64,000 nt of DNA from Magallana gigas (Eukaryota). A program made the position numbers and the translations under genes. Shown piece by piece: positions 10,887 to 22,076 of this stretch (position 1 is the first letter of the stretch; each line of letters starts with the position of its first letter). Where the stretch lies: positions 50,902,001-50,966,000 of the forward strand of contig NC_088855.1 in NCBI RefSeq assembly GCF_963853765.1, read 5' to 3'. The notes below the pieces were generated by a model. The model saw only the letters and a list, made by a program, of their open reading frames with translations. It was not told where the DNA came from and ran no database searches.

Positions 10887-12347
10887 TCAATTTACACTTC
10901 TTTGGCGAATTACTTACAGGGCCATGATAGACTATAATTGCAAATACGTCGGCAATAACATTACTCCATCAATATTGACCTTATCAAAGTGAGGTTGGAT
11001 TTTAATTGAATTATTTATCTACTTGTTGCTTTTTAACGATCGTCAAATGCCATCATATGAATATACATTGAACATTTTTGCTCCTACAACAACAGGCGCC
11101 TGGCGTTAAAATGTTTCTTGTAATAATAAGATTATCCCATGTACCATAAATTCGTATGAATTAAACATCATTTGGCCAAAAGAGGATAGTGAGGAGACCT
11201 TGGCAAACCTGAAGAAGATAAGTGGAATCAGAGGCAAAGGAGGCAGGATTCGGCGGGGCCCATGTAAAGAAAAAAAAAGATACTTTCCTTACACTCCCTT
11301 CTTTTCATTTTTTTATTGCCTATTTGTTCTCCCCCTCCCACCCCCATCCACCAAACTTTCCATTTTTTTTCTACTCTGTAATCAATTTTTGTTTTGTTAT
11401 CATTACATGTTTTTTCTTTTATTTTTCATTTTTTCTCTACACTACATATACTTTTTTCTATTTTCATCCATAGCAATTAACCAGTATTTTTTCTATTTTT
11501 TTGATTTTCATTTTCCTATCATTAGCTATTTTTTTTGTTTATTTTTTTTGCACTGTACCTCCTTCCAATGCTATTTATAATATTAATCTATTATACAAAA
11601 TTCAGTTGCAATATATATACACATATCTTATATAAAATTGTATAATTACTCATATTATACCTTGACTACAGGAGAGAACATAAATAGGCAGTATGCCTGC
11701 TGTTCAATCCATTTCATTGTATCTATATACTTGAATAAAATACTTCTTAAATTAAAGAAAGCCGCCCTAAACAGAGTCCGCTGGCGAGGAGTTTTTGCGG
11801 CCTTCTGCTCTCCAAGGAGCGAACAGGAATAAGTCAAGTGGCCAAAACTTGTAAATTGTGGCTCAAATAAAAAATAAATCGTTTTACCCCCCCCCCCCCC
11901 TCCTAAAATTGAGGGAAAACGTTCTTTATTTCAAATTATGATGTCAAAACATTACATCATATTTCCTTGGTTCGACTGATTTTTTTTTAATTTAAAATGA
12001 ATCTCACAGGAGAACAGGCATATTCCGTTTTAAAACTGTCAGACTCCAGTTGTACGAGTTATGCAATAAGAAAAACAACTCAATAAGCAATAGACTTTTC
12101 AGATAGTGAGAACGTTTGAAAAAAACAGGATTTCTATACAGCGGCTATTGTGAGGAATTTTACTCATTGACTTAACGTTGTTATTGATCTAAAGGACGTC
12201 ATTTTGAGCACTGTACTTATGGATGTGTGTAAAATTCGTTTAGTGAGTATACATTCATGAAATTGCAATAATTTTTTTCGTAAATAATCAAAATATATTC
12301 AAAGAGTATGGTATTATATATTATGGTATTATATATTATGGTACACC

Positions 12348-13089
12348 ATGTATTCAGTTCGGTATCAAGAGAAAACGTAACCAAGAGGAAACATACCCAG
12401 GAGAAAACGTACCCAATTTCTAGGGTACGTTTTCTCCAAGAGAGAACGTACCCAGGTACGTTTTCTCTTGGAGAAAACGTACCCTATAAAAATCATAAAC
12501 ATAATTTTAAACAGTTTTAAATACTATTTTACTGCTTAAATTTTGAGGAATATATGAATTTAATAGATGCATGAATTAAATAAAAGTAATTATTTTTATA
12601 TGTAATGGTTGAATATTTAGAATAATATAGATTCCGTAAGGTTTTTCTTATATTTGTATTGTTTGAATATTTAATGGACTTGGACATGATTTAAGTTCAA
12701 CTTTATTTTCATAAATGATTTTTATTAAATAGTTGATCAATAAATTTACCATGTTTGTTATCTGTATTCTGCTTTAATTAAGTATTAGTAATTTCAATGT
12801 AATTATTTACCTTTGAGACTTTCGAAGTTTGGTCAATTCTAGGAACATTTTAGCAATGAAAAAAACCTATTCATAAAGATGACGTATAATTTATCGAAAA
12901 ACGCGCTATCGACTTCTTAAAATACTCATGATAATTAAGTTCTCTGAATTAAACATTTCTCCAAGAGAAAACGTACCTGGGTACGTTCTCTCTTGGAGAA
13001 AACGAACCCTAGAAATTGGGAACGTTTTCTCCTGGGTACGTTTTCTCTTGTGTACGTTTTCTCCAGCATTCTTCAGATCTGAATCCCAT
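12348..13089. mobile_element. Foldback-type MITE with ~130-bp TIRs built from GAGAAAACGTACC subrepeats
   Basis: 12360-12485 is the reverse complement of about 12955-13065. The mirror ORFs 12308-12520(+) and 12906-13109(-) share QEKT(Y/F)PISRVRFLQERTYPGTFSLGE. Confidence 0.85.
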
Positions 13090-13382
13090 AGAATTAGCCC
13101 GAGGATCATGAAGCTACAAATGTATCTGATACTTAATGTCTCTTGGTTGCAAACACTGACAAAATCTCAAAATGATATCAAAAGTGTCTTGATATGATGT
13201 CAATCATCATTGATTATTTATGACAAACAATCAGATAAAGGGACCAAGACACGATTTGAGCACAGGTGCTTGAGGGCAGGACCGACCCCTCCCCCCTCCA
13301 TCCCCCTACCCCCAAGTATCTACACTTTACTGAATTTTTTCTTTAAATTATCTTTTTATGACATATCTATAATCTAATGTAT

Positions 13383-14200
13383 CACCCCTGCGAATGTGTT
13401 CGGAATGCTTTCTTTATCGTTTAATTGCTAAGTATGTAATAAATCCAGAGGTGCTCGAATGAAAGTTCACGAGACTTCACCGAGATTTGTTCAGTTTCTG
13501 TGAAATTTCGAGCGGAAGTATAAGTGTTCGGATAATATTCTCAAAATACGTAAGTACTGGTCGTTTTTCATATCATATTCTACTTTATGTTAAAACATTA
13601 AAATCTTTTAAGTTGTATGTCTTATTTCACCATCTAGCGGTTATTTATATTAAACGATAATATTCAGAACAGAGTTATTGTTCGTGTTCAACCAGGTGTA
13701 AAGTGGTTGAAAATATAAACATTGGGTTGCTTAATTAAATCATAGCCATGTTTGATGCTTGTGGTGTGCAATACCATGTTTTTATAAAAAATAATGGGTG
13801 TATGTTTTGCATAGAAACCTAGTATATCGAGCCATCTTCAAGGGACATTCTGCATAAAATAGTATAGTCTGTTTCACTATTTATGCTATTACTAGGTCAA
13901 GCGCTGATCGAATATAATCCTATTTTGGATCTCTACGTACTAAAGCATGTTAATTGTTGTAACAGCAGACAAAAACTATTTTTTTGTATTGTCACATTTA
14001 TTTCTAGAACACATTTTATCCACCAATTAATGATATTAAGTTTAAAATAAATAAACCTCTAGGTTTTATATTTGATTACAAATACCTAGATTCTATGAAA
14101 TAGACTATAAACACGAGGCATGATTTTTACTGCGAAACTGAAAGGGTCAAATAAATCCACGTGGTTTAAAATTTAAATGACAATAACATTCGCAGGGGTG
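13383..14200. mobile_element. 818-bp non-autonomous DNA transposon with CAC termini and 5-bp TSD (Transib/RAG-like signature)
   Basis: Perfect 15-bp TIR CACCCCTGCGAATGT (13383-13397 and 14186-14200), with direct TGTAT on both flanks (13378-13382, 14201-14205). The superfamily assignment is inference. Confidence 0.75.
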
Positions 14201-14299
14201 TGTATACAATCATTGCAAAAAATAACCTAACAAACATCTTGGGGAAAAAATCACATCCCCTCTTATATTATTTTTTTTCAAATGTTTGTTTTGGGCAAT

Positions 14300-14730
14300 T
14301 AAGCCCCGCGGAACTGCTAATACTAATATGAGAAGAGGCAAATGCGAGTTATATGGTGCCCGAAAACCAGGGCTTTGGTTAGATGGGGCTCATCAGTCTG
14401 GGAGGACAACTCATCTAAGAGAAGGAAAACTTAAAATATAATTTGATTCCAAATTAAACCTCCACTGCCTTGTTGCCATACCCACATGCGTGAAAAGCTA
14501 GATGGATAAAAACGTCAATATAAAAAGCCGAATGGGTGGACTGTGCTCAACATCGAGGGATGGAAAACAATCTCGGAAGTAAAGACCAAAAAATCAAACC
14601 ACCTTTCCTCAAGGTCAATAGAGGTTTGCGTAGGGCAAACGACCCACCCTAGACAAAACAAATTGTTACAGAAGCAGCAACAACAAACACTGTGGCCCAT
14701 GTTCCTCACGGAAAGACAGGCCTAAGTAAA
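14300..14730 (+). mobile_element. Probable 5'-UTR fragment of an RTE-clade non-LTR retrotransposon
   Basis: The motifs agatggggctcatcag...ggacaactcatctaagagaaggaaaac...aaacctccactgccttg and gggcaaacgacccaccc...gttacagaagcagcaac resemble recalled RTE 5' regions. There is no ORF. Confidence 0.4.
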
Positions 14731-15237
14731 TATATAAGTATACCAGTACAACACAAATGTAAACAATAACAAGACTCGCACTTTGTTTACAAAACAAAGA
14801 TTTTCAATAAGTGTATCTTGCTCGTAACTCGATATTTGGCTTTCAGATTTTCATGCAGCATTAAAAATATCATTATTAACCATTCTAGACATTAAAAATT
14901 AAATAATAAAATTTGATAAATTTGAGCTCAAATCGTTGTCCCTTTAATGACTGGCTGAAATTTTGACTTAAGTCTGAAATAGCTTTAAGATCCCGAGGCC
15001 TGGTCAGATACAAACACTTTGTACAGAGTATATACACAGTATGTGTTTCATTTTGCTGTGAAATGTAACCCCCTTGTCGTTTCGACAAGAATATAGGGTA
15101 AAGATGATAGTGTGTTTATGATCCCAGTGTTAATCGGATTTTGATAACTTTCTGTCGTCGATGTTCGTCACTTGCCTGGTGCTGGGTCTTTTAATAGCTA
15201 TTTCCAGTGACACCTTTGCTTCAGACGGAGTGGTTAA

Positions 15238-15555
15238 GGTTGTATCGGACATTAATCGATATTAATGTGGACTAAAGTACATTACAATTAAAATACTTTC
15301 AACGGTTTAGAATTTTCACATTTTACTATATTTAACCAAAAAATACTTTTTAAATTTTTTTTGAAAAATAAAAATTATAAAATCCCAAGAGGGATTCGAA
15401 CGCATGACCAACAGATTCGTAGTAACTCCTCAAACCCACTGAGCCGCGCTGTTAAGTAACAATTTTGGAAATGGAAATGTTCGTAAAATTGAACTTAATT
15501 TTATTGTTAATTTCGATAAATTATACGTCACTATATGTAGATGTCCCAAAATACC
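15238..15555. mobile_element. TTAA-flanked (Kolobok-like) MITE with an internal tRNA-like segment
   Basis: TTAA at 15234-15237, then ggttgtatcggaca; the degenerate right end gatgtcccaaaatacc is followed by ttca. The internal gggattcgaac...ccactgagccgc is tRNA A/B-box-like on the minus strand. A related sequence lies at 33660-33880. Confidence 0.5.
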
Positions 15556-16120
15556 TTCAGTTTTCATAGCTGACTTGAACTGTTGCTGTGAATGAATTTA
15601 TTTTGTAGTTAAAACCCGTCCTTGAAACCGAAAAAAAATGTTAATGACTATGTCGTAATTAAAAGAAAATATATAAAAATAACTCCCCAAGTATTAAAGT
15701 ATGACGAAATAAATTTTCTTTTATTAAAAACATGACAATCTTTTTCAGATTTTCCATGAAATAATTTGCTAGCATGTTTTTGGTCAGACAGTTTTTTTTA
15801 ATTTCGTTTCTTCCCACGTTTCCATATTTCTAACTATTTGGAAACCAGTCATGGAATGAACATAGAAAAATTCTAAAAAAATCTCTCTTATTTTTCAAGA
15901 ATTCAAAATGAGTGCATACAGCTTAAAGAACACAGAATCGCGTCCTAACCAGTTCATACACTTGAAATCTATCGTTCACGCATTTATTTAATTAGCAGTG
16001 TTTTGGTCGTTAAATGACAAAATTAATTTCAAAAATAAATAATGGATAAAATTTTTGTCGTTAGAAGGTGTTTTATTTTCTACCTATTGCTTTTATAAAT
16101 AATTGCCGAAAACTTATCTC

Positions 16121-16194
<74 letters not shown>
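16121..16194. repeat. (AG)n microsatellite
   Basis: About 37 AG units with one interruption. Confidence 0.98.
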
Positions 16195-16197
<3 letters not shown>

Positions 16198-16443
16198 TAT
16201 GCTTTCCCTTACTTCCAGGGTTTATAGGGGCCACCCTTGCAAAAAAAAAAAAAACCTGCAAAATCCTCAGAGCATTATTTATAAAATCCTAAGTATCAAT
16301 TCATACATATGTGTAATGTCCTGATAAAAAACAACAAAATAAAACAAAATGAAATATCGCATAAATAATATTACATGTATATTTATATTTAATTGTGTGA
16401 AATATTTACAAACTATATACAACATGTTAAAATCAATCTAATG

Positions 16444-18230
16444 TCAATGACGTAAATAAAAGTCAATGGCTGTAGAAAAAGCGGCAAATCCCATGGCACC
16501 AAACAACCCAGCCTTCAGTCCCGCTAAAAGAGAGGAAACAGGAAATGGTCAGAAAATACTCAAAACAATTCAATTTTGTAGCAGTAACAAAAATCCAAAC
16601 AAAATATTAAAAATTTAATCCCAAAAATAATTTGTAAAAACTTACCTCGGAGGCCAAGAACACCTCCGACAATAAATCCAGTAATTGTACCATTCCCAAG
16701 CTCAGTCTTTCCTCGATACTGAAATAAAATTTTTACCAAATACAATTGAGTCTGAATGAACTAGTTTCAATTATATAAATTAGTTTTAGATAAAACCCGA
16801 CTGTTTGATTGAAAATAAATGTCTACTAACTGTCTCTAAACAACATTCTGTTCCAGCAAACATTGCTCCAACAATGGCAAAGTTTTTACCATAGGACCAG
16901 AATCTTGCCCTCATTTCTTTTAGGACCATTCTTGTAGTAGGAGTTTCAGTAGACATTGTGGACATGGGGTCAACACCAGCAGTAAACAATCCAAACAAAC
17001 CACCCAGTCCAAACCCTACAAAACATACAAAACTTATACATGTTATAGGAATATTACACAGGAATATCAATCACATATTCTCGCTTTGTACTAGATGTTA
17101 TTACTTCTATATAAAGTTAATTTGATGAAAACAAGACTCGTTGATGCTGCACATTCTATACTCTGTCCCGAGTTTTTGCTTCCACCACTTTTTGCTTGAT
17201 ATTTCAATAATAGTATAAAATACCTTTGTGCTCAAACTACATTCATCCACTTATATGAAAAATGTCCAGATTATCTGTTTAAAAACGCCCCTTCTACCGC
17301 TTCGGGTTTCAATACACATCCAAAAATTGAAAGTCTACGGAATTTTGCATTGCATCAGCCATTATTAAGCCCGGATGATAATGTTAAAAAATTGCGCGAT
17401 GTATTCTGAGTGTATTCCGAGTGGAGAAAAGATGTAAACATTTCCCATTACAAATCTCCGTAAGAAACTTGTTTTCGTTCCTGTGAAATTTTATGAGTGA
17501 AAAGGGATAACTGTTCAATGAAGATATCTTGGATATATTCCCTTTTACCGATTTCAATTGTATTTCTTTCACAGGTATGTGTATTTTTATCAAAAATCAT
17601 CAAAAATTGATGGAAGCAATAACTTGGAACAGACTATAGTGGTTGCACTGCATGTATATACAGTTGAACAGGTTGGGACCAATCGCCCAAATGGGATATA
17701 ATAGCCCTTTCAGGATATAATAGCCCAAATGGGATATAAATTTAAAGTGCAAAAAATAAAAAAAATTTGATTTAAATTTATATCCCATTTGGGCCATTAT
17801 ATCCCCAACGGGCTAGTAGGCCAATATCCCATTTGGGCGATTGGTCCCACCTGTTGAACTATAAAGTACCAATGCACAAAATATTTACAATACTACCAAT
17901 CAATATTCACATCAATCATTTCTGTTTGTCTTCAAAGCTCGAATAAGATATAAATCAACCTTTTCTTTATGTGTTCTAGTTACCTGCAACACAGCTTAAT
18001 GCCGATTTGCACACACAGCTCTCGAAAAAGCCAGACACCAGCATCTCTTCTCTAGTTTTGGGGAACTGCGGGATCCCTCCAAGTGGAATAACCTGTGCCC
18101 TCCTCTCTTTACGATTGCCAATAACATGATCCATAACAAAACTAAAACTTTCAACGTCTTTGGGCGTTAATTTGGGTGTGTTGTTCTGATATGTTCCATT
18201 GACACCCGTGCTTTGCAAGGGCGCCGCCAT
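16444..18230 (-). CDS. TIMM22: Mitochondrial import inner membrane translocase subunit Tim22, 194 aa
   Basis: Exons are 18230-17984, 17015-16831, 16718-16646 and 16523-16444 (stop TGA). Tim17/22 motifs include FESCVCKSALSCVAGFGLGGLFGLFTA, SYGKNFAIVGAMFAGTECCLET and [28 protein letters not shown]. Confidence 0.96.
17270..17590 (+). repeat. Dispersed repeat family, copy 1 (other copies at ~28280-28620 plus and ~53250-53600 minus)
   Basis: The three loci share colinear blocks: aaacgcccc, aaagtctacgg, cccagatgat/cccggatgat, aaatctcc, tcaatgaagatatcttgga and gatttcaa. Confidence 0.75.
17661..17861. mobile_element. ~200-bp palindromic Tc1/mariner-type MITE in TIMM22 intron 1
   Basis: Ends cagttgaacaggttgggaccaatcgcccaaatgggata and tatcccatttgggcgattggtcccacctgttgaact are near-perfect inverted repeats with TA flanks. 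Confidence 0.8.
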
Positions 18231-18651
18231 TGCTGAAAATCTATGAGATTCCGAACCCGAGGCAAAAGTTACCCATTAATTTAAACGAGTTGACACTAGG
18301 ACCTAAATATTGTTATGCTTTGATCAAAATTTATTTTTTTAATTTTATACATCTGAAATATTTTTTGGATTTTCTAAATGTAAATTATCGGAAAATATGT
18401 TTACTGAATACATCTAGATTAGAGCTATATTTATAACAGGGACAGAAAGCTTCTAATTCATTTTCTATCACATTTCTGTCAACATTTGCTTGTATATACT
18501 GCTTTTAATTGCAGGCGCTGCTCAATACATGAAGTTGCCAAAACATAGTGGTCTGGAGACAGAGATTCGTTACATCAATGGATCGACAAAACCAGAGACA
18601 TAAATAATGTTAATTTATTTATGTCTCAGATAAAACGCCGGAATATGTATA

Positions 18652-18875
18652 CTGTATATGTACAGTGTTATTCCCACCCTTTAATAGAACAACACTTGCA
18701 AACGGCTTCACTCCGTCTTGAATTCGCCCAGACACAATCATAAAAAATAGATACCCTTACTTATGAACAAAGTTATGTAAACATTGTCTTGAATTCGCCC
18801 AGTCTTTAATTCACCACTAACAGCGAGGTCGAAAGGAGCGAAAATAAAATGCGGCAAATATTTCCATGTCTACAG
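18652..18875. mobile_element. TA-flanked CTGTA...TACAG MITE (related copy at 35882-36086 in opposite orientation)
   Basis: ta|ctgtat...tctacag|ta termini with internal gaattcgccc repeats. The right end matches the left end of the 35882 copy. Confidence 0.65.
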
Positions 18876-19010
18876 TATCAACGAAATAACAAGTTCGTTA
18901 TTTCAGTTGTATATCGAGATTTACTTTAAGAAGTTAGCTAACTTGTTGCATAACATGGTCATTCCTGATTACCCCACGTTAACGAGTACCCAATACATAC
19001 TTACAATCGG

Positions 19011-20100
19011 TTTTGTTATACTTTCATGTTAAATACTGAAATCTGATTGGTTAAGACGCAGTTAATAATATTTACTATTACCCTCAGCGTTAGCAACGCA
19101 CTTGGCAACGGGTAACATTATACAATTATTTAATGCTTGAGCAGTCAATAGACCAGAATATTTTTCCCGAGGTGCAGGGAACAGCTCAGTATGATCTATT
19201 GCCCGAGGCCAACGGCCGAGGGCAATAGATCATACTGAGCTGTCCCCTGCATCAAGGGAAAAAATTCTGGTCTATTGACTGTTCAAGCATTAAATAATTG
19301 TTTTATTACCTAATTCCTATTTTAGTTTTCGGGGTTTACAATTTGCATATTGCAGATGGTTTTCGTGCCATTATTCAATATACTCAGATTTTTTCCCCAT
19401 CTTTTACATGCACAAAGCCTGTTACATGCATTACAACATCTCAATTTAATATTAGTTTACTCAAAGAAGGGGGAGTCTTCAACCCATTAGATTTTCATTA
19501 GTCTTTTACCTCATATAACGCTTTAAACCTGTTGATTATTTGATACTCCATTTTGATAACATTGTATTTGGTTTCACCAAGTACTAAAAACAGCGTCTAT
19601 GTAAAGGAATATACATTCCCTGAGAACTATGGAAAGGATATAACATTAACATACCCGCGTTCTGAAATACGTTGCCGGTCCAATAGATCGCAGTCTATTG
19701 ACCGGCGGTCCAATAGATCGAAGTCTATTGACCGGCGGTCGAATAGATCGCAGTCTATTGACCGGCAGTTCAAAATAGACGCAAATATTTAATTTGTAAT
19801 AAAACAACAAAATCCCTTTGATTAGGTAATAATAAAAAATGTTACATGCGCGAAAATTATGCGCGTACGGTTCGCTGTAGAATTCACGTTATTCCTATAT
19901 AAAAGCAGTAAAATTTTCTTAAAAATTTTAAAAAAGACATTCAGTATAACAAAATAAATAGTGCCTGTTTGGGAGGATAACAGTTGAAATTGACACCCCT
20001 CGAAAACCATTGTCAACCTCCGCTTCGCGTCGGTTGACAATGGTTTTCTCGGGGTGTCAATTTCAACTGTTACCCTCCCAAACAGGCACTATTTATATAA
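19011..20100 (+). mobile_element. Non-autonomous element: 12-bp IR-bounded body plus 143-nt terminal hairpin; interrupted by a nested element
   Basis: IR ttttgttatact (19011-19022) / agtataacaaaa (19943-19954). The hairpin 19954-20096 has a loop containing gcttcgc (20022-20028). Confidence 0.75.
19118..19832 (-). mobile_element. Nested element of the same architecture in opposite orientation (180-nt hairpin plus 12-bp IR-bounded body)
   Basis: Hairpin at 19122-19301; IR ttattacctaat (19303-19314) / attaggtaataa (19821-19832); internal 3x30-bp palindromic array at 19675-19766. Confidence 0.75.
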
Positions 20101-22076
20101 TATACAATGATGTTTAAATGGTTCATAATGGTGCATGTGATGGCAGCGGGCAACAATAAGCAGAGAAAGACTATTGTTTGCAACGTTATGTATGTTCATA
20201 TATGTAAATTTAAATATTTTTAATGTATCGAAGATTAGAGAGTTCCCGAGACAAAATTTTAGCAACGATGTCGTACATTGTTTCTATAAAGCAATATAAA
20301 ACGGTCGATATGTTGTTGTTGTTTTTTTTTTTAACATGTGTACTTTCTCCTTTATTTCATTTGAAATATGATATAGATCATACAACTACTAACAACATCA
20401 ATATCACAACCTGTCCAGTTTCAATCATTTTGATCGATTAATCATATATGATTATATTAAATACCGCATTCCCTGAATTTTTAAACTTCTTATTAACTGC
20501 TGCAGAGTTCAGTCATTAATTTATTTCGTTTCTCACGTACCTATACTTACTCATGCAGTGTAATAAAACAGTAGTATCAACCATATAATAAAGACTTGGC
20601 TTTTCCTTCCTATTATACTGAAAGACAGTGATAATTTACCTACTTTTACACGGCCACTTTAAAATTAAGGTATTTGTTTGCAAACTTAAATTTTTCATCA
20701 ACAGAAAATTTCCTCAAACCGGATCTGACAATGGGAGAACAATAGTCAACACCGCAATATTTCTCAGTTAACCAACAATAACCAACTCTTATGCTTTCAA
20801 TTCAATTCACCATGTACTAGTATGGCACTCTTAAAGTGTATACAATTTATAAATCGTCAAATAGCTGATAGCTAGACTAAATATCAATTTTGCATGCTAG
20901 AAAGTATAACATTAGAAATATTTCACATTCTTTCTGTTTCTGTTTTTACGCAACATGTAAAGGTGTCTATAGCCACCATTCTGATAAAATTCTTCTATCC
21001 GAATTTTATTCCAGACCTGTGGCTTAGATGTTTAGCTGTCCTGTCTCTTTGGACATCATCACATGATGCAATCAAATATAAGATTTTGTGATCCACCTTT
21101 TCATACTTAAATGTATATGTATCAATAGATTTTCTATAAAGATATACAGTATATATAGGACTTTAGAACCAGGAAGAACGGTACACATCATGAAATCAGT
21201 GACTACCCACTTATCATTTATCTGCTGAATTACTGAGGAAAACAACCCCTTTATACTTGTTTCATTTACAAGAACTTTTCAGTAGTGAAGAGCACATTTC
21301 AATGTTGTCAATCAATATCAAACTACACAAAGTTATGTTTCATAGATATATTTAATCAGTAATGCTTACAAATATTCATTATTTATAAAATTGCCGTGAT
21401 AAAACTCTGTTGATGCATCATAAGCGATTGTTGAATTTCTGTTACTACAACTAAAATTTGCGTCAACTGATGGAAGAAGAAAACAATCTGCAGCTTAGAG
21501 TTTGACACATAACTAAATACCAAAGATGCACACAAAATTGAGGAAAAAAAGTGAAAAAATTAAAAGAAATTCTCAATACAATATTCTCCTACTTTACATT
21601 AATTTGACATAACATGAACAATTACAACATAGACAAAAAAATATCTCAGATCCATCTGTCAACTACAGCAATCATACATATAACAGAACATTGTGTGGAT
21701 GAGTATGACAGTTATACAATGAAAAGACAATTGATGTATTAATTATATTTTAGGAAGTCTTTATATAACAGCATCAACAGTTTTGCATCAATAGATTTCT
21801 GACATGATGTAATAAATGGAGCGTGATATAATTGATTGAGTTCGGTGTTTTGTGATTATGTGATTCTTAAAACAGGAAAAAAACTAAAATCACTGTTTCT
21901 GTTTATAAATAACAGCATCACAGACTTGTACTGCAGACCTCCCCTGGCCCAGTCTGCTGGTGGAAGTATACAAACATGGCACTTTATCAACAAGTGTCTC
22001 ATGTCTTAGCCCTTTGTTGCACAGATCTCACACGGATGTTTTACACAGTTCCCAGTTTCTTGTCTATGTGTAAGTT

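Noticed and set aside
11200-11580. Phe-rich 126-aa and 83-aa ORFs
   Set aside because: These are translations of T-rich low-complexity sequence.
15385-15450. tRNA gene (also tRNA-like pieces at ~51-110, ~32750 and ~33670-33725)
   Set aside because: Only A/B-box-like remnants are present, without a consistent cloverleaf or acceptor stem. They are embedded in repeats, so they are SINE/MITE-derived.
16068-16324. ERERER/LSLSLS ORFs
   Set aside because: These are products of the (AG)n microsatellite.
19675-19766. CRISPR-like array of palindromic repeats
   Set aside because: The units are directly adjacent with no unique spacers, the context is eukaryotic, and there are no cas genes.
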